Positions 1 through 10,042 are shown, counted from the first letter of the stretch. The stretch: DNA of 64,000 bases from an uncultured bacterium (GCA_963710755.1 CAVQBK010000013.1:416001-480000), one strand, 5' to 3'. Numbers and translations are program-made. The notes: generated by a model not told the origin, from the sequence alone.

Positions 1-1084
1 CTGATACGCCCAAACGCACACCGGAGGTAACCCTCGGACCGAGTGGATCATTGGGGATACCGTTTTTATTGGCCACGATACCGGCTTGTTCCAGACGCTC
101 GGCAATGTCGGCGCCGGTCTTGTTCAGCCGTCTCAAGTCCAACAGAATCAGATGATTGTCCGTACCGCCGGTGACCAAATCAAAGTCAAAGCGCAACAGT
201 TCTTCGGCCAGCGTCTTGGCATTGGCAATAATCTGTTCTGCGTAGCGCTTAAAACTATCACCGGCAGCTTCCTTGAACGCCACGGCTTTGGCGGCGATAA
301 CATGCATCAAGGGACCGCCTTGCAGTCCTGGAAAAACAGCGCTGTCAATTTTTTTGGCGTACTCGCTCCGTGAGAGCACAAACCCGCTGCGCGGTCCGCG
401 CAGGGTTTTATGAGTGGTGGAGGTCACCACATCCGCGAAGGGCACAGGCGAAGGGTGTACTCCGCCGGCAATCAACCCGGCGATGTGAGCGATATCCACC
501 ATCAAATAAGCCCCCACGCTGTCGCAAATTTCACGGAATTTGGGAAAGTCAATGACACGGGGATAGGCTGAAGCCCCGGCAATGATTAAGGCCGGCCGAA
601 AAGCTTTGGCCTGGTCGGCCAAGGCATCATAATCAATAAGATGGGTTTTTTCGTTCACTTTATAACTGTCCGACTGATATAGTTTCCCGGAAAAATTAAA
701 CTTGGCGCCATGGGTCAGATGGCCGCCATCAGCCAAATCCATACCCAGGATTTTATCCCCCGGTTTGAGCAGCGCCATATAGGCTGCCATATTGGCGGTG
801 CTGCCGGAATGGGGCTGCACATTGGCATGTTCCGCGCCGAACAGGGTTTTAAGTCTGTCGATGGCCAGCTGTTCGATGTCATCGGCCGGTCCGCATCCCT
901 GATAATAACGGGCGCGGGGATAACCTTCGGCGTATTTGTTGGTAAAGAGGCTGCCCTGGGCTTCCAGAACCGCCGCGGAGGTATAATTTTCGGAAGCAAT
1001 CATCTGCAGGCGCGTATGCTCGCGCTCTACCTCCGCTTCAATGATTTGATAAACTTCCTGATCGCTTTGACTTAAGGGTTTCAA
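1..1084 (-). CDS. glyA: Serine hydroxymethyltransferase (3' end runs off the window)
   Basis: Manual translation of the minus strand from TTG at 1084 (GAGAGG RBS upstream) gives [12 protein letters not shown]...[33 protein letters not shown], the SHMT N-terminus. Absent from the ORF track because it is truncated. Confidence 0.95.
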   Translation of the reverse strand, partial: MKPLSQSDQEVYQIIEAEVEREHTRLQMIASENYTSAAVLEAQGSLFTNKYAEGYPRARYYQGCGPADDIEQLAIDRLKTLFGAEHANVQPHSGSTANMAAYMALLKPGDKILGMDLADGGHLTHGAKFNFSGKLYQSDSYKVNEKTHLIDYDALADQAKAFRPALIIAGASAYPRVIDFPKFREICDSVGAYLMVDIAHIAGLIAGGVHPSPVPFADVVTSTTHKTLRGPRSGFVLSRSEYAKKIDSAVFPGLQGGPLMHVIAAKAVAFKEAAGDSFKRYAEQIIANAKTLAEELLRFDFDLVTGGTDNHLILLDLRRLNKTGADIAERLEQAGIVANKNGIPNDPLGPRVTSGVRLGVS

Positions 1085-1098
1085 TGTCTGGCCTCTCT

Positions 1099-1557
1099 TT
1101 ATTTGGATATGAAATATTTATTTTCAATTTCCTTGATTTTATCCAGCCGCCGCTGATGGCGATCACCGGAAAAGCGGGCATGCAGCCAGGCTTTGATCAT
1201 GGCCATGGCCATGTCCTTGCCGATCACCCGGCCCGGCAACACCAGGATATTGGCATTATTGTGTTCCCGTGCATATTGGGCCACATAGGTGTTGTAGGCC
1301 AAGGCCGCCCGCACACCGGGCACTTTGTTGGCTGCGATGGACATGCCCACGCCGGTACCGCAGATTAAAATCCCCAGATGGTCTTCCCCTTCCTGCGCCA
1401 CCGCCTCGGCCACCTTCAAGCCGATATCAGGATAATCACAAGACTCTTCCGTGGAGGTGCCGAAATCCTTAAAGGCCAATCCTTCCTTGGTCAAGGCGTT
1501 GATAATGTTTTCTTTTAATTCATAACCTGCATGATCACTGCCAATATAAAGTTGCAT
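1099..1557 (-). CDS. rpiB: Ribose-5-phosphate isomerase B
   Basis: [31 protein letters not shown] and RHQRR motifs; classic rpiB-glyA linkage. Confidence 0.95.
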   Translation of the reverse strand: MQLYIGSDHAGYELKENIINALTKEGLAFKDFGTSTEESCDYPDIGLKVAEAVAQEGEDHLGILICGTGVGMSIAANKVPGVRAALAYNTYVAQYAREHNNANILVLPGRVIGKDMAMAMIKAWLHARFSGDRHQRRLDKIKEIENKYFISK

Positions 1558-1695
1558 ACTTCCCCCTTGAACGTACCAGACGCGCTTCGGCCTGTCATGG
1601 CTAAAGACGGCATCATTCGGTGATTAAAAAAGTTTAACCCGGATTATACCACAGGTGTCATGGCTGAAGGGACAAAATGTTTTATACCAATGGAT

Positions 1696-3258
1696 TTATA
1701 CGGAAACGGCTTTCATCCCGGTCACCCGGTAGACGGAGACTTGATCCCGCTTGCCCTTGACCGTAATGGGTGATAATTTTTCGCAGAGCACATGGTTTTT
1801 AACAGCCTGGTAGGTGGTTTCCGAAATCAACACGCTGCCGCCTTCGGCAATCGCTTCCAAGCGGGCCGCCAAATTAACGGCATCGCCGATCACGGTATAG
1901 TCCATTTTTTGGGCCGAGCCCATATTGCCTGAAACCACATCGCCTGTATTGACCCCAATGCCGATGGTGACGGTCTTAAGACCTTCATTTTTACGGCGAT
2001 GGTTCAATGCTTTAATGGCTTCCTGGATTTCCACGCCTGTTCTTACGGCCCGTACCACGTCGTCCTCCATGGGCAGGGGCACGCCGTAGACTGCCATAAC
2101 GCAGTCACCGACAAACTTGTCCAGCATGCCGCCATTACGCAGCACAATTTCGGTCTGGACGGAAAGGTATTCATTGATCACCGAGACCACGGCCTCAGGC
2201 TCCAGGGTTTCCGACATGGACGTAAAGCCCCGGATGTCGGTGAACAGCATTGTGGCCCGTTTACGGGCACCGCCAAGCGCCAATTTGCCGGGATCTTTCA
2301 GAACTTCTTCCATCACTTGGCTGGACACGTAGGTACAAAAAGCACCTTTAATTTGTTCCTTCTCCCGTAACGAGGCCGCCATCTGGTTGAAGGCCGCCGT
2401 CAGCTCACCCAACTCATCATTCCTGCTGATTTTAATCTCCTGGTTGAGGTCACCGCCGGCAATGGCCAATACACCGGCCACCAGATTTTTAAGAGGTTGG
2501 GTCATGAAGTGCGCCAGAAAAATGGCCGCAATCGTTCCCAACAGCAGCATAATGCCGGTGACCACCAGCAACTTGACGGCTGCCTGTTTAACGGTGATAT
2601 CCACCAGTTTTTGGGACATGCCCAAATGAACCACGCCGATTTGTTTGCCCCCCAACTTACCCAGCCGGTTAACTAAGATGGGAATGGCGATATCGAACCG
2701 GCGCTCTCCGTTGGCGGTCGTATAAGGCTGAACCAATAGCGATTCCCCCGCATAAGGCTTGACGCCTTGAGGCGGTACGTAAGGCTGGGAGACTTTGCGG
2801 ATGTCATTATGGGCCACGATGGTGCCGCTTGAATCGGTCATTAGGATTTCCACTACACCGGCATTACGTTTGATATTCTGAGTATATGCTTTTTGCTGGC
2901 CAAAAATATCTCCTCGCAAGGAAAGAAAAATGCTTTTAAAGGTAACCTCGGGCATGGCCGCAGCACGGGCATCGGGCATGGTTTCATGAATTAAAGCAGC
3001 GCACACTAAATCATTAAGTACAGCTTCGGCTGCCGAGGAAGCCAGGCTGCGGGCAATAGTAGCGCCCCGTTTCACAACTTCCTCACGCAGCGATTTTTGC
3101 TGCTGCCGATAAGTCAGGATAGTCGTCAGCACCATAATGGTTCCTACGGTGAGCACCACGAAGAAAGTGAATTGCAACCTGATAGGAATACGCAATCCTT
3201 TTTTTTTAATCTTTTGCGCTTGCGGTTTCTGCGCCAATGCTGCCGTTGGCTTACTCAC
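1696..3258 (-). CDS. Membrane class III adenylate cyclase (2 TM, extracytoplasmic Cache-like sensor, HAMP, cyclase)
   Basis: FTDIRGFT, DKFVGD and DYTVIGDAVNLAARLE motifs; the K and D specificity residues favour ATP; HAMP motif DELGELTAAFNQM. Confidence 0.9.
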   Translation of the reverse strand: MSKPTAALAQKPQAQKIKKKGLRIPIRLQFTFFVVLTVGTIMVLTTILTYRQQQKSLREEVVKRGATIARSLASSAAEAVLNDLVCAALIHETMPDARAAAMPEVTFKSIFLSLRGDIFGQQKAYTQNIKRNAGVVEILMTDSSGTIVAHNDIRKVSQPYVPPQGVKPYAGESLLVQPYTTANGERRFDIAIPILVNRLGKLGGKQIGVVHLGMSQKLVDITVKQAAVKLLVVTGIMLLLGTIAAIFLAHFMTQPLKNLVAGVLAIAGGDLNQEIKISRNDELGELTAAFNQMAASLREKEQIKGAFCTYVSSQVMEEVLKDPGKLALGGARKRATMLFTDIRGFTSMSETLEPEAVVSVINEYLSVQTEIVLRNGGMLDKFVGDCVMAVYGVPLPMEDDVVRAVRTGVEIQEAIKALNHRRKNEGLKTVTIGIGVNTGDVVSGNMGSAQKMDYTVIGDAVNLAARLEAIAEGGSVLISETTYQAVKNHVLCEKLSPITVKGKRDQVSVYRVTGMKAVSV

Positions 3259-4544
3259 GATCCGCTTTCCTCCTGTTGCTTTTCCAGCATGACCACAAAG
3301 GCACCCACCAATTCAGGATCCAACTGGGTCCCGGCATTCCTTTTAAGTTCTTCCATGGCATCACGCCGGCTGATGGGAGCGCGGTGTTTTTGTTCCGAGG
3401 TCATGGCGTCAAAAGCATCGGCTACAGCCAGAATACGTGCGCCCAGGGGAATAGTCTTGCCTGACAGCCCCTGGGGATAACCCTTGCCGTCATAGCGTTC
3501 ATGATGATGCATCACCAAGGGCACGACCCCACGCAAGGCTTCGATTTGTTTCAAGATGTCGGCGCCCACCAACGTATGCTGCTTCATTGTTTCGTATTCT
3601 TCCGCCGTCAATTTCCCGGTCTTTTCTAAAATCACGTCGGGTACGGCAATATGACCGATGTTCTGGACCTGACCGGCCAGATGAATGTTAGCGATCTCTT
3701 CCTGATCCAGACCGATATGTACCGCCAAATTAGCCGCATATTCCGATACGCGCTGGTCATGGCCGCCTACAAATTTGTCGCGGTGCTCCAGTGCTTTGGC
3801 CATGGCGCGCAGCACGCCGATGTAAAGTTCTTTTAAATTATCGGCCATTTCATTGAATGCATTAGCCAAAATGGCCAGCTCGCTTTTACCCTTGATATTA
3901 ATTTTAAAATTAAGATTGCCGGCGCCGATTTCATGCACCCCGCGCATCAATTCGCTCACAGGCTTCATCATAATATTGGTGACAAAAACCGCGATGATAA
4001 TGCCAATCAATAATAAGGCCGCGGCAATGGACAATGATTCCCGAAAGGCTTGACCGACATGCTCGGTAACCGATTTCTGAGACATGCCCACATGCACACT
4101 GCCTATTTGAACGCCGTTACGAAGATTGATGGGAATAGCAATATCGGTTAGGGCATGGTCATCCTGGTTCTTGAAAGATTGAATGAGAATCTCTTCATTG
4201 GTGAGCGGTCTTAAGCCAACCGGTTCCACGTACTCCTTACCTATATTGGCGATCTTGCTATGGGCCAAAATTTTTCCCTTATCATCGAGAATCATGGCAT
4301 AAGCCACGCCCTCGTTTTTCATAACACTGGTGACGAAAGTGGCCAAAGATAACCGATCGCCGTTGATTAAGGCATCGGTGCTGATGGTGGCCAAATTCCG
4401 GGTAATGGTGGATCCTCTTCTGGTCATTTCCCGCAGCAGGACTTCCCTTTCCTGCTGGGTGAAAAAATAAGTGGAGCCAAAAACTGTAACCGCTACCAGG
4501 GTAACGGTCATCAGGATGAATTGAAATTTCAGACCAGCACGCAT
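3255..4544 (-). CDS. HAMP/HD-GYP domain membrane protein with degenerate HD dyad
   Basis: HHERYDGKGYP and RILAVADAFDAM present; the expected HDIGK reads QNIGH. Likely start is ATG 4544 after GGAGG. Confidence 0.85.
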   Translation of the reverse strand: MRAGLKFQFILMTVTLVAVTVFGSTYFFTQQEREVLLREMTRRGSTITRNLATISTDALINGDRLSLATFVTSVMKNEGVAYAMILDDKGKILAHSKIANIGKEYVEPVGLRPLTNEEILIQSFKNQDDHALTDIAIPINLRNGVQIGSVHVGMSQKSVTEHVGQAFRESLSIAAALLLIGIIIAVFVTNIMMKPVSELMRGVHEIGAGNLNFKINIKGKSELAILANAFNEMADNLKELYIGVLRAMAKALEHRDKFVGGHDQRVSEYAANLAVHIGLDQEEIANIHLAGQVQNIGHIAVPDVILEKTGKLTAEEYETMKQHTLVGADILKQIEALRGVVPLVMHHHERYDGKGYPQGLSGKTIPLGARILAVADAFDAMTSEQKHRAPISRRDAMEELKRNAGTQLDPELVGAFVVMLEKQQEESGS

Positions 4545-4719
4545 AGGAACCTCCGAGACTCCCACCAAAAATGGACCACCGCAAGGCTGGCAGCAGTCCA
4601 CCTTAGGGAGCATATGGTTATTTATTTATTCATTCTATATCAGCTAAACGTTGCCCTGCCTGCTGGGCGACAGGCGTCATGGGATTGATTAATTATCGGC
4701 AGGTTTACAATTGGTCGAC

Positions 4720-4801
4720 AGTTTAGCAAGTGAAAATCTTGGTTGTCAAGGATAAAGCCCGGGCTTTATCCTTGACAAATTCCCGAAATATCCTTTAAAA
4801 T
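4720..4801. promoter_or_regulatory. Back-to-back sigma70-type promoters centred on a perfect 36-bp palindrome (4743-4778)
   Basis: TTGTCAAGGATAAAGCCC|GGGCTTTATCCTTGACAA. Plus strand TTGACA-18-TAAAAT; minus strand TTGACA-18-TAAACT; lies between divergent genes. Confidence 0.65.
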
Positions 4802-4909
4802 TCTATAAAAATTCACAAGGAGGCAAGAAGCGTCGCGCCCTGGGCATAATCGGCAAAAGCACAGACCAACGCTTCCCTAACTTCCCTTGGCCTACACCTG
4901 GTTAACCCT

Positions 4910-6805
4910 ATGACAAATACATCTCGATTCAACCTCCCACGCCTCGGACTGGTATTGGGCCTGGTTTGCTTGGCCGCTCTTTCGATCATTGGTTGCCGAA
5001 AAAATACCCCCCCGGCACCTGCGCCCACGGTTATCGCCACGCCCATCACGCATAATGAACAACTGGTCTATACATCGTCCGGTCAATTATTCACTACCGA
5101 CTTGTCCGGTGAAAAAATAGGCAAATTGGAAAATACGGGGAAAAACAATTGGTTCCCTTCCATGGCGCCGGACCAACAGACTCTGGCTTACTGGTCTGAT
5201 CAAAGCGGCAGCCATGAACTCTGGCTCTATAATTTTAAGACTGCAAGCGCCACCCGTTTGACCTTCTTCAATTCCTCGGAAAATGATCCTGCTGCTCAAA
5301 ATTTCAATATACACGATGCACCCACTTGGTCGCCCAACAGCCAGGAAATCGCCTTTTCCCGCATGGGACAAATTTGGCTGATTGACCGTGAGGGCTATAA
5401 TTTGGAAACCGTGGTAAGAGAGGGTAATAATTATAGTCCCAGCTGGTCACCCGATGGCAAGCTGCTGGCCTACATCAGCCTGCAACATCAATCCCAAAAC
5501 CTTTATTTGCGCCGTATCAAAACCGGAGAAGAATGGGCCATCACCACTTTTCCTGCTACCCACCATGCAGGTGGTCCATCCTGGTCACCGGATGGCAAAA
5601 AAATTGCGTTTTCCCTTTCCATATATGAAACCGTAGATATCTGGATTATCAACAATGACGGCACCGACCTTAAGCGTCTCACCAAGGACGGGGCCAGCAA
5701 CGCTCCGGTTTGGTCCTGGGACGGGAAAAAAATAGCTTTTTCCTCCGGACGTCAGGATCCATATCATTGGGAAATCTGGGTCATGAACAGTGATGGCAGC
5801 GGCCAGTTTGCAGTAAGCCGCAATGGTGGTTTTTCGCCAACGTGGAGAAATTTGGAAACGGCCGTCCCGAACCCGGCCTTACCTGCAATGGCCACAGCTC
5901 AACCGAACGCTGTAGCCAAGGCCACCATCAGCCCTGTACCGACATCCAAACCTACTACCAAACCAACACCTATTCCTACCGTTCCGCCAGCCAAAATAAA
6001 AACCATACCTACGGCTGTACCCAAAGCAACACCTGTTCCGCCTTCATCAGATAACGCGGAATTGCTGGAAGATTTGGAGGCTTTGGAGGAAGAAGCCCCT
6101 GCGGAAAAACCCACGCCCAAGCCCATGCCTACCAAAAAGCCCACGCTGGTGCCGACGATGGAACCTACACCCAACCCCACACCAATGCCAACCAAGGCTG
6201 CGACCAACCCACAATCTTCCGTCAAATCCCCGTCCGCGCCTGTGCAGAAAGAGGAGTATTTTGATGAAATGGGCGACCTTACCGACGAGCCTCTTCCGGA
6301 AGAACCGCCGGCCGTCAAAACAACACCTGCACCTTCCCGGCAGCCTTTGGCGAAAGCCACAGCCGAACAAAAAAACAACGAAGAAGAATCTTATGCTGAG
6401 TTCGAGGAATACGCTGATGAAGATGCTGTGGTTCTGAAAAATGAAAATAAAAACGGCGGCCAGACCTTGCCTGGCAATGTGATTACCTTTGAACCGGAAA
6501 TACAATTTTATTTTGCCAAGGATTTAATTAAAGCTTCTTCACTGACAGAATTGGATAAACTGGCCAAGCAGATCGAAGCCTATCCCGATTCTCCTTTGAT
6601 CATAAAAGCCATGATCAAAGGGCCCAAATGGCTCCCCTTGCTCAGAACCCTGGCCCGGGCCAGAGCCAACAGCGTGTTGCGACACTTGATTGTCAATGAG
6701 AATATCCGTCAAATCAATGTCACCGCAATTGCAGAAGGTGATCCTTATCCCGACCTGAGCGATCAGGTTGAAGACCTGCCGATTTTATTGGTGGTGATTA
6801 AATAA
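4910..6805 (+). CDS. Lipoprotein with TolB-like PD40 beta-propeller, Pro/Thr-rich and acidic linker, and degenerate OmpA-like C-terminal domain
   Basis: Lipobox IIGC; repeated PSWSPDGK-type units; C-terminal IQFYFAKD...LARARANSVLRHL. Confidence 0.75.
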   Translation: MTNTSRFNLPRLGLVLGLVCLAALSIIGCRKNTPPAPAPTVIATPITHNEQLVYTSSGQLFTTDLSGEKIGKLENTGKNNWFPSMAPDQQTLAYWSDQSGSHELWLYNFKTASATRLTFFNSSENDPAAQNFNIHDAPTWSPNSQEIAFSRMGQIWLIDREGYNLETVVREGNNYSPSWSPDGKLLAYISLQHQSQNLYLRRIKTGEEWAITTFPATHHAGGPSWSPDGKKIAFSLSIYETVDIWIINNDGTDLKRLTKDGASNAPVWSWDGKKIAFSSGRQDPYHWEIWVMNSDGSGQFAVSRNGGFSPTWRNLETAVPNPALPAMATAQPNAVAKATISPVPTSKPTTKPTPIPTVPPAKIKTIPTAVPKATPVPPSSDNAELLEDLEALEEEAPAEKPTPKPMPTKKPTLVPTMEPTPNPTPMPTKAATNPQSSVKSPSAPVQKEEYFDEMGDLTDEPLPEEPPAVKTTPAPSRQPLAKATAEQKNNEEESYAEFEEYADEDAVVLKNENKNGGQTLPGNVITFEPEIQFYFAKDLIKASSLTELDKLAKQIEAYPDSPLIIKAMIKGPKWLPLLRTLARARANSVLRHLIVNENIRQINVTAIAEGDPYPDLSDQVEDLPILLVVIK

Positions 6806-6846
6806 GTGTTGGTGCGCAAAGGCAGAAGCACCCGTAGGTCGTGTCC

Positions 6847-6874
6847 GTAGGGAACAGGCATGCCTGTTCCCTGC
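6847..6874. repeat. REP-like palindrome GTAGGGAACAGGCATGCCTGTTCCCTGC
   Basis: GTAG foot plus near-perfect inverted repeat between convergent genes. Confidence 0.65.
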
Positions 6875-6964
6875 CAATGCGTTTTTTCTCTCCGCGCTCT
6901 GTTCGGTAAAGCGCCATCCGCCAAGGACAAGATCGCGCCCATTTCCATGATAAGCGGGTGATGA

Positions 6965-8899
6965 TCACCAGCCAGTAGGTAAGGCCTTTCGGGCCGCTTC
7001 CTTTTGTTCACACTCTTTCTTTAATTTTTCCAGATTTGGAAACAGGGCTTCCGCCATGGCAATGGTATTAACATAATCGCCTTGCTGTAATTTGGTTTTC
7101 ACCACCACCAGATGGTTTTTCATTTTTTGATAGCGTTCCGGAAAATAAGTGTCGCCTTTCTTTTGATCGATCTCGATCATCAATTTAACCGCCCGTCCGT
7201 AAGCCCCCCGGGCCCGTCGTCTTTCCTTTTTTTGCTCATCAACTTTTTTGAGCACATGCTGCCGTTGTTGGGCTGGTTTAACGGCAGGGGCTGCCTGCGG
7301 AGGAATCTTCTCTGAAATGGGTTTGGTACTAAGTGTGGGTCTGTTCTCCATTTTTCTGGCCATCGCTTTGGCTTTGATCGCAGCCCGTTCCCCCAGGCGT
7401 TTGATATCATTGATAATGGAAACTGATTGGTCATTGGCAGCCTCATAATCCCGCTGACGGTAGGCGGCTTTAGCCGCTTGCAAGTCATCGCTCAGCTTCC
7501 TCCAGGCCTCTTTAAAGTAGCGCTGTATATCGTCGCGCCGTTGGCTTTGGGTGACCAGGCGGTTGGCCTCCGTAAGATTGGTAACAGCGGTTGCTTTAAT
7601 TTCCCTATTAACTTTGCGGGCCCGAGCCTTTTTCTTCTTTCGCTCTTCTTTGTCCATGGTCTGCTGTTCTTTCTTGACCCGGTTCCAGGCGCGATTCACC
7701 TCATCATCTTCCGGAATAATGTCCAGAGCCTTCCGGTAGGCTTTGGCAGCATTGGTCCAGTCCTGCTTGGTTTCGTAATTTTCTGCCTGTGTTTTATAAA
7801 TTTCGAATTTAGAATGTTTGTCTACTTCGTCTTGTAGAGATAACAAGGCTTCCGCCAACTGTTCATCATCGGGCAGGTATTCCACTGCTTCTTCCCAGGC
7901 ATCCAATGCTCGCTGGTTATCCCCTTTATCTAAAGCGGCTTGGCCTATGATTTTCAGGCGCATGCCTTCCTGTTCCAGGGGGGTCAGACGATTGCGGCCA
8001 AAATGCCATGCCAGACCGAGGTAATGGCTGGACCCTAAATTTAATTGTTCTCCCATGGGCAACACAAAGCCATAATCCAGTTGCAGGGCCCATTGCGACT
8101 GCATGATATTAAAGCCCAGACCTGCCGTTAATTCCTGCAGTCCATCATTGTCAAGCGCCATACCGGCCCGGGTAGCCAACAAACGGTGGAACCACCAGTA
8201 CTCCCCGCCCAGGGATAAACGATAGGTGTTTCCGAACTGCCACCAATCCAGACTGCCGTCAAGTGTATCATTCTGATAGGCTAATCCGGCTCGCAATTGC
8301 ATAGGCAACAAAACCGGTTCATCAAAAAGAGCGACATTGGGACGGTTGACATTGGCTGCAGACAAGCCGATGGTCCAATGCGGCAGCGGGGTGTAAAGGA
8401 CGCCGGCATCGACAGCCGCAGTCAGCAAGGAGGAATGGGTTCTGAGAAAGTCATCCTGGGCAAGAGCTTGGTCATCGGTGTATTGAAGCATTAAGAGATT
8501 TACCACAGCTCCGACTTCCCAGCTTTTATTCTGGTCCAAAGCCTGTCCATAACCCAGACTAATTCTACTTTCCTGATATAGACCAAAAAGATTGCGCTGG
8601 TGCCACAAGAGGCCGAGAGCCGCAGGAATGGTCAATGGATAGGTAAAGGCCAATTGACTTTCCGTCAATTGGCCGTCATCCAACCCAGCATACAATTTGG
8701 CCCAACCGGTAGACAGACAGGCTTCCTGCAGGCCGGCAAGGCCGGCGGGATTATAAAGCAGGGCATCATTGTCATCAGCCAAGGCCGTAAAGGCACCGGC
8801 CATGCCGACCGCCCGGGCACCGGGCCGTTCCAATTCAAAGGCGGTGTGGCCAGCCTTGGCCAAAGTCAACAACAGCATCAAACTCAATATCTTTTTCAT
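6965..8899 (-). CDS. PorV/PorP-like (T9SS-type) outer-membrane beta-barrel fused to TPR/coiled-coil C-terminus
   Basis: Signal peptide, GARAVGMAGAFTALADD..ALLYNPAGL motif, alternating beta-strands, then TPR-like helices. Confidence 0.75.
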   Translation of the reverse strand: MKKILSLMLLLTLAKAGHTAFELERPGARAVGMAGAFTALADDNDALLYNPAGLAGLQEACLSTGWAKLYAGLDDGQLTESQLAFTYPLTIPAALGLLWHQRNLFGLYQESRISLGYGQALDQNKSWEVGAVVNLLMLQYTDDQALAQDDFLRTHSSLLTAAVDAGVLYTPLPHWTIGLSAANVNRPNVALFDEPVLLPMQLRAGLAYQNDTLDGSLDWWQFGNTYRLSLGGEYWWFHRLLATRAGMALDNDGLQELTAGLGFNIMQSQWALQLDYGFVLPMGEQLNLGSSHYLGLAWHFGRNRLTPLEQEGMRLKIIGQAALDKGDNQRALDAWEEAVEYLPDDEQLAEALLSLQDEVDKHSKFEIYKTQAENYETKQDWTNAAKAYRKALDIIPEDDEVNRAWNRVKKEQQTMDKEERKKKKARARKVNREIKATAVTNLTEANRLVTQSQRRDDIQRYFKEAWRKLSDDLQAAKAAYRQRDYEAANDQSVSIINDIKRLGERAAIKAKAMARKMENRPTLSTKPISEKIPPQAAPAVKPAQQRQHVLKKVDEQKKERRRARGAYGRAVKLMIEIDQKKGDTYFPERYQKMKNHLVVVKTKLQQGDYVNTIAMAEALFPNLEKLKKECEQKEAARKALPTGW

Positions 8900-9903
8900 C
8901 GTACCACGACCAGGGCGCCACGATAATGTACCTGCCCAGCAGTGATTAGATATAGGTAGGCCCCCGGTGCCACCAAACGGTCCTGCTCATCTCGACCGTT
9001 CCATCGGGCACTGTAAAAAGGACTGCTGCCCTGAAGGGACAAGGTTTTGATCAGCCGTCCATTGAGATTATAAGTAGCAACCTTGATCTCATCCGGTTTG
9101 AGATCGGATTCAAAAGTAACTTGCCACTGTTGCTGATAAGAGGCTCCTGGCGCAAAGGTCCGGCGATTGGTCTGTACGTTAACCAGCGGCCCCTGAACCG
9201 GATTCGAGGTCTCTGTGCTCGTGGGCGTAGAGGTCATGGTGACTATGGGTGTGGGGCTAAAGGTAGGCGTGATCGTCAACGTGGGCGTCACCGTCGCGCT
9301 GGGGGAACCGGTTGGCGTTACGGTATAGGTAGCACTGATGGTGGCCGTGGCCGAAATTGTGGGTGTGGACGTCATGGTGACAAAAGGTGTAGGGCTAAAG
9401 GTAGACGTGATGGTCAAGGTAGGTGTCACCGTCGCGCTGGGCGTGTACGTTACTGACTCCGTGGGGGTAGTGGTTGGTGTAGCTGTTGGTGTTATGGTAG
9501 CACTAGGTGTAAAGGTCACGGATTCCGTAGGTGTTTCAGTGAGGGTGTCGGTAAGGGTAACGGATGGCGTTGGTGTATAGGTGACGGATTCCGTGGGCGT
9601 TTCGGTAGGCGTAACCGTATAAGTAATCGTAGCTGTAGGCGTGAACGTAGCTGATTCCGTTGGCGTTTCGGTAGGAGTCTCCGTTAAAGTGATGGTACTG
9701 GTTGGCGTAAAAGTAGCAGATTCCGTTAGGGTTTGCGTGAGCGTGGCCGTAAGCGTAATGGTTGGAGTAGGTGTAAAGGTTGCTGATTCTGTTGGCGTTT
9801 CAGTGAAGGTAGGGGTGGGGGATTCACTCCAGACAAGATTACCCTGCACCAGACCCAGGGTCAATGCCATCATTCCGATTGCCAGCCCTTGTTTATACGT
9901 CAC
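8896..9903 (-). CDS. Secreted Thr/Pro-rich repeat protein with FlgD-Ig/T9SS-like C-terminal domain
   Basis: Signal peptide; TETPTESxTFTP repeats; C-terminal YNLNGRLIKTL...WNGRDEQDRLVAPGAYLY...LVVVR. Confidence 0.75.
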   Translation of the reverse strand: MTYKQGLAIGMMALTLGLVQGNLVWSESPTPTFTETPTESATFTPTPTITLTATLTQTLTESATFTPTSTITLTETPTETPTESATFTPTATITYTVTPTETPTESVTYTPTPSVTLTDTLTETPTESVTFTPSATITPTATPTTTPTESVTYTPSATVTPTLTITSTFSPTPFVTMTSTPTISATATISATYTVTPTGSPSATVTPTLTITPTFSPTPIVTMTSTPTSTETSNPVQGPLVNVQTNRRTFAPGASYQQQWQVTFESDLKPDEIKVATYNLNGRLIKTLSLQGSSPFYSARWNGRDEQDRLVAPGAYLYLITAGQVHYRGALVVVR

Positions 9904-9931
9904 TTAGCCCCCTTAAAAACCGAATAATTCA

Positions 9932-9960
9932 ATTATATAGAGAGGCTGGGTATTCGTCAA
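9932..9960 (-). promoter_or_regulatory. Putative sigma70 promoter of the cargo/PorV-like operon
   Basis: TTGACG-17-TATAAT on the minus strand, about 30 nt upstream of the start at 9903. Confidence 0.6.
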
Positions 9961-10042
9961 TATGGAGCTTTGAGAAGTGGATCAAAGGAACTGCGCGCAG
10001 CCGGTCACTTTCAGGATCAGAGGATGACTTGAATGCTGCTGT

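Noticed and set aside
86-1075. Several plus-strand ORFs in the track
   Set aside because: Antisense shadows of glyA.
4545-4613. Cys-rich N-terminal extension of the HD-GYP protein
   Set aside because: A better start with a GGAGG RBS lies at 4544, directly before the first TM; the extension is probably leader sequence.
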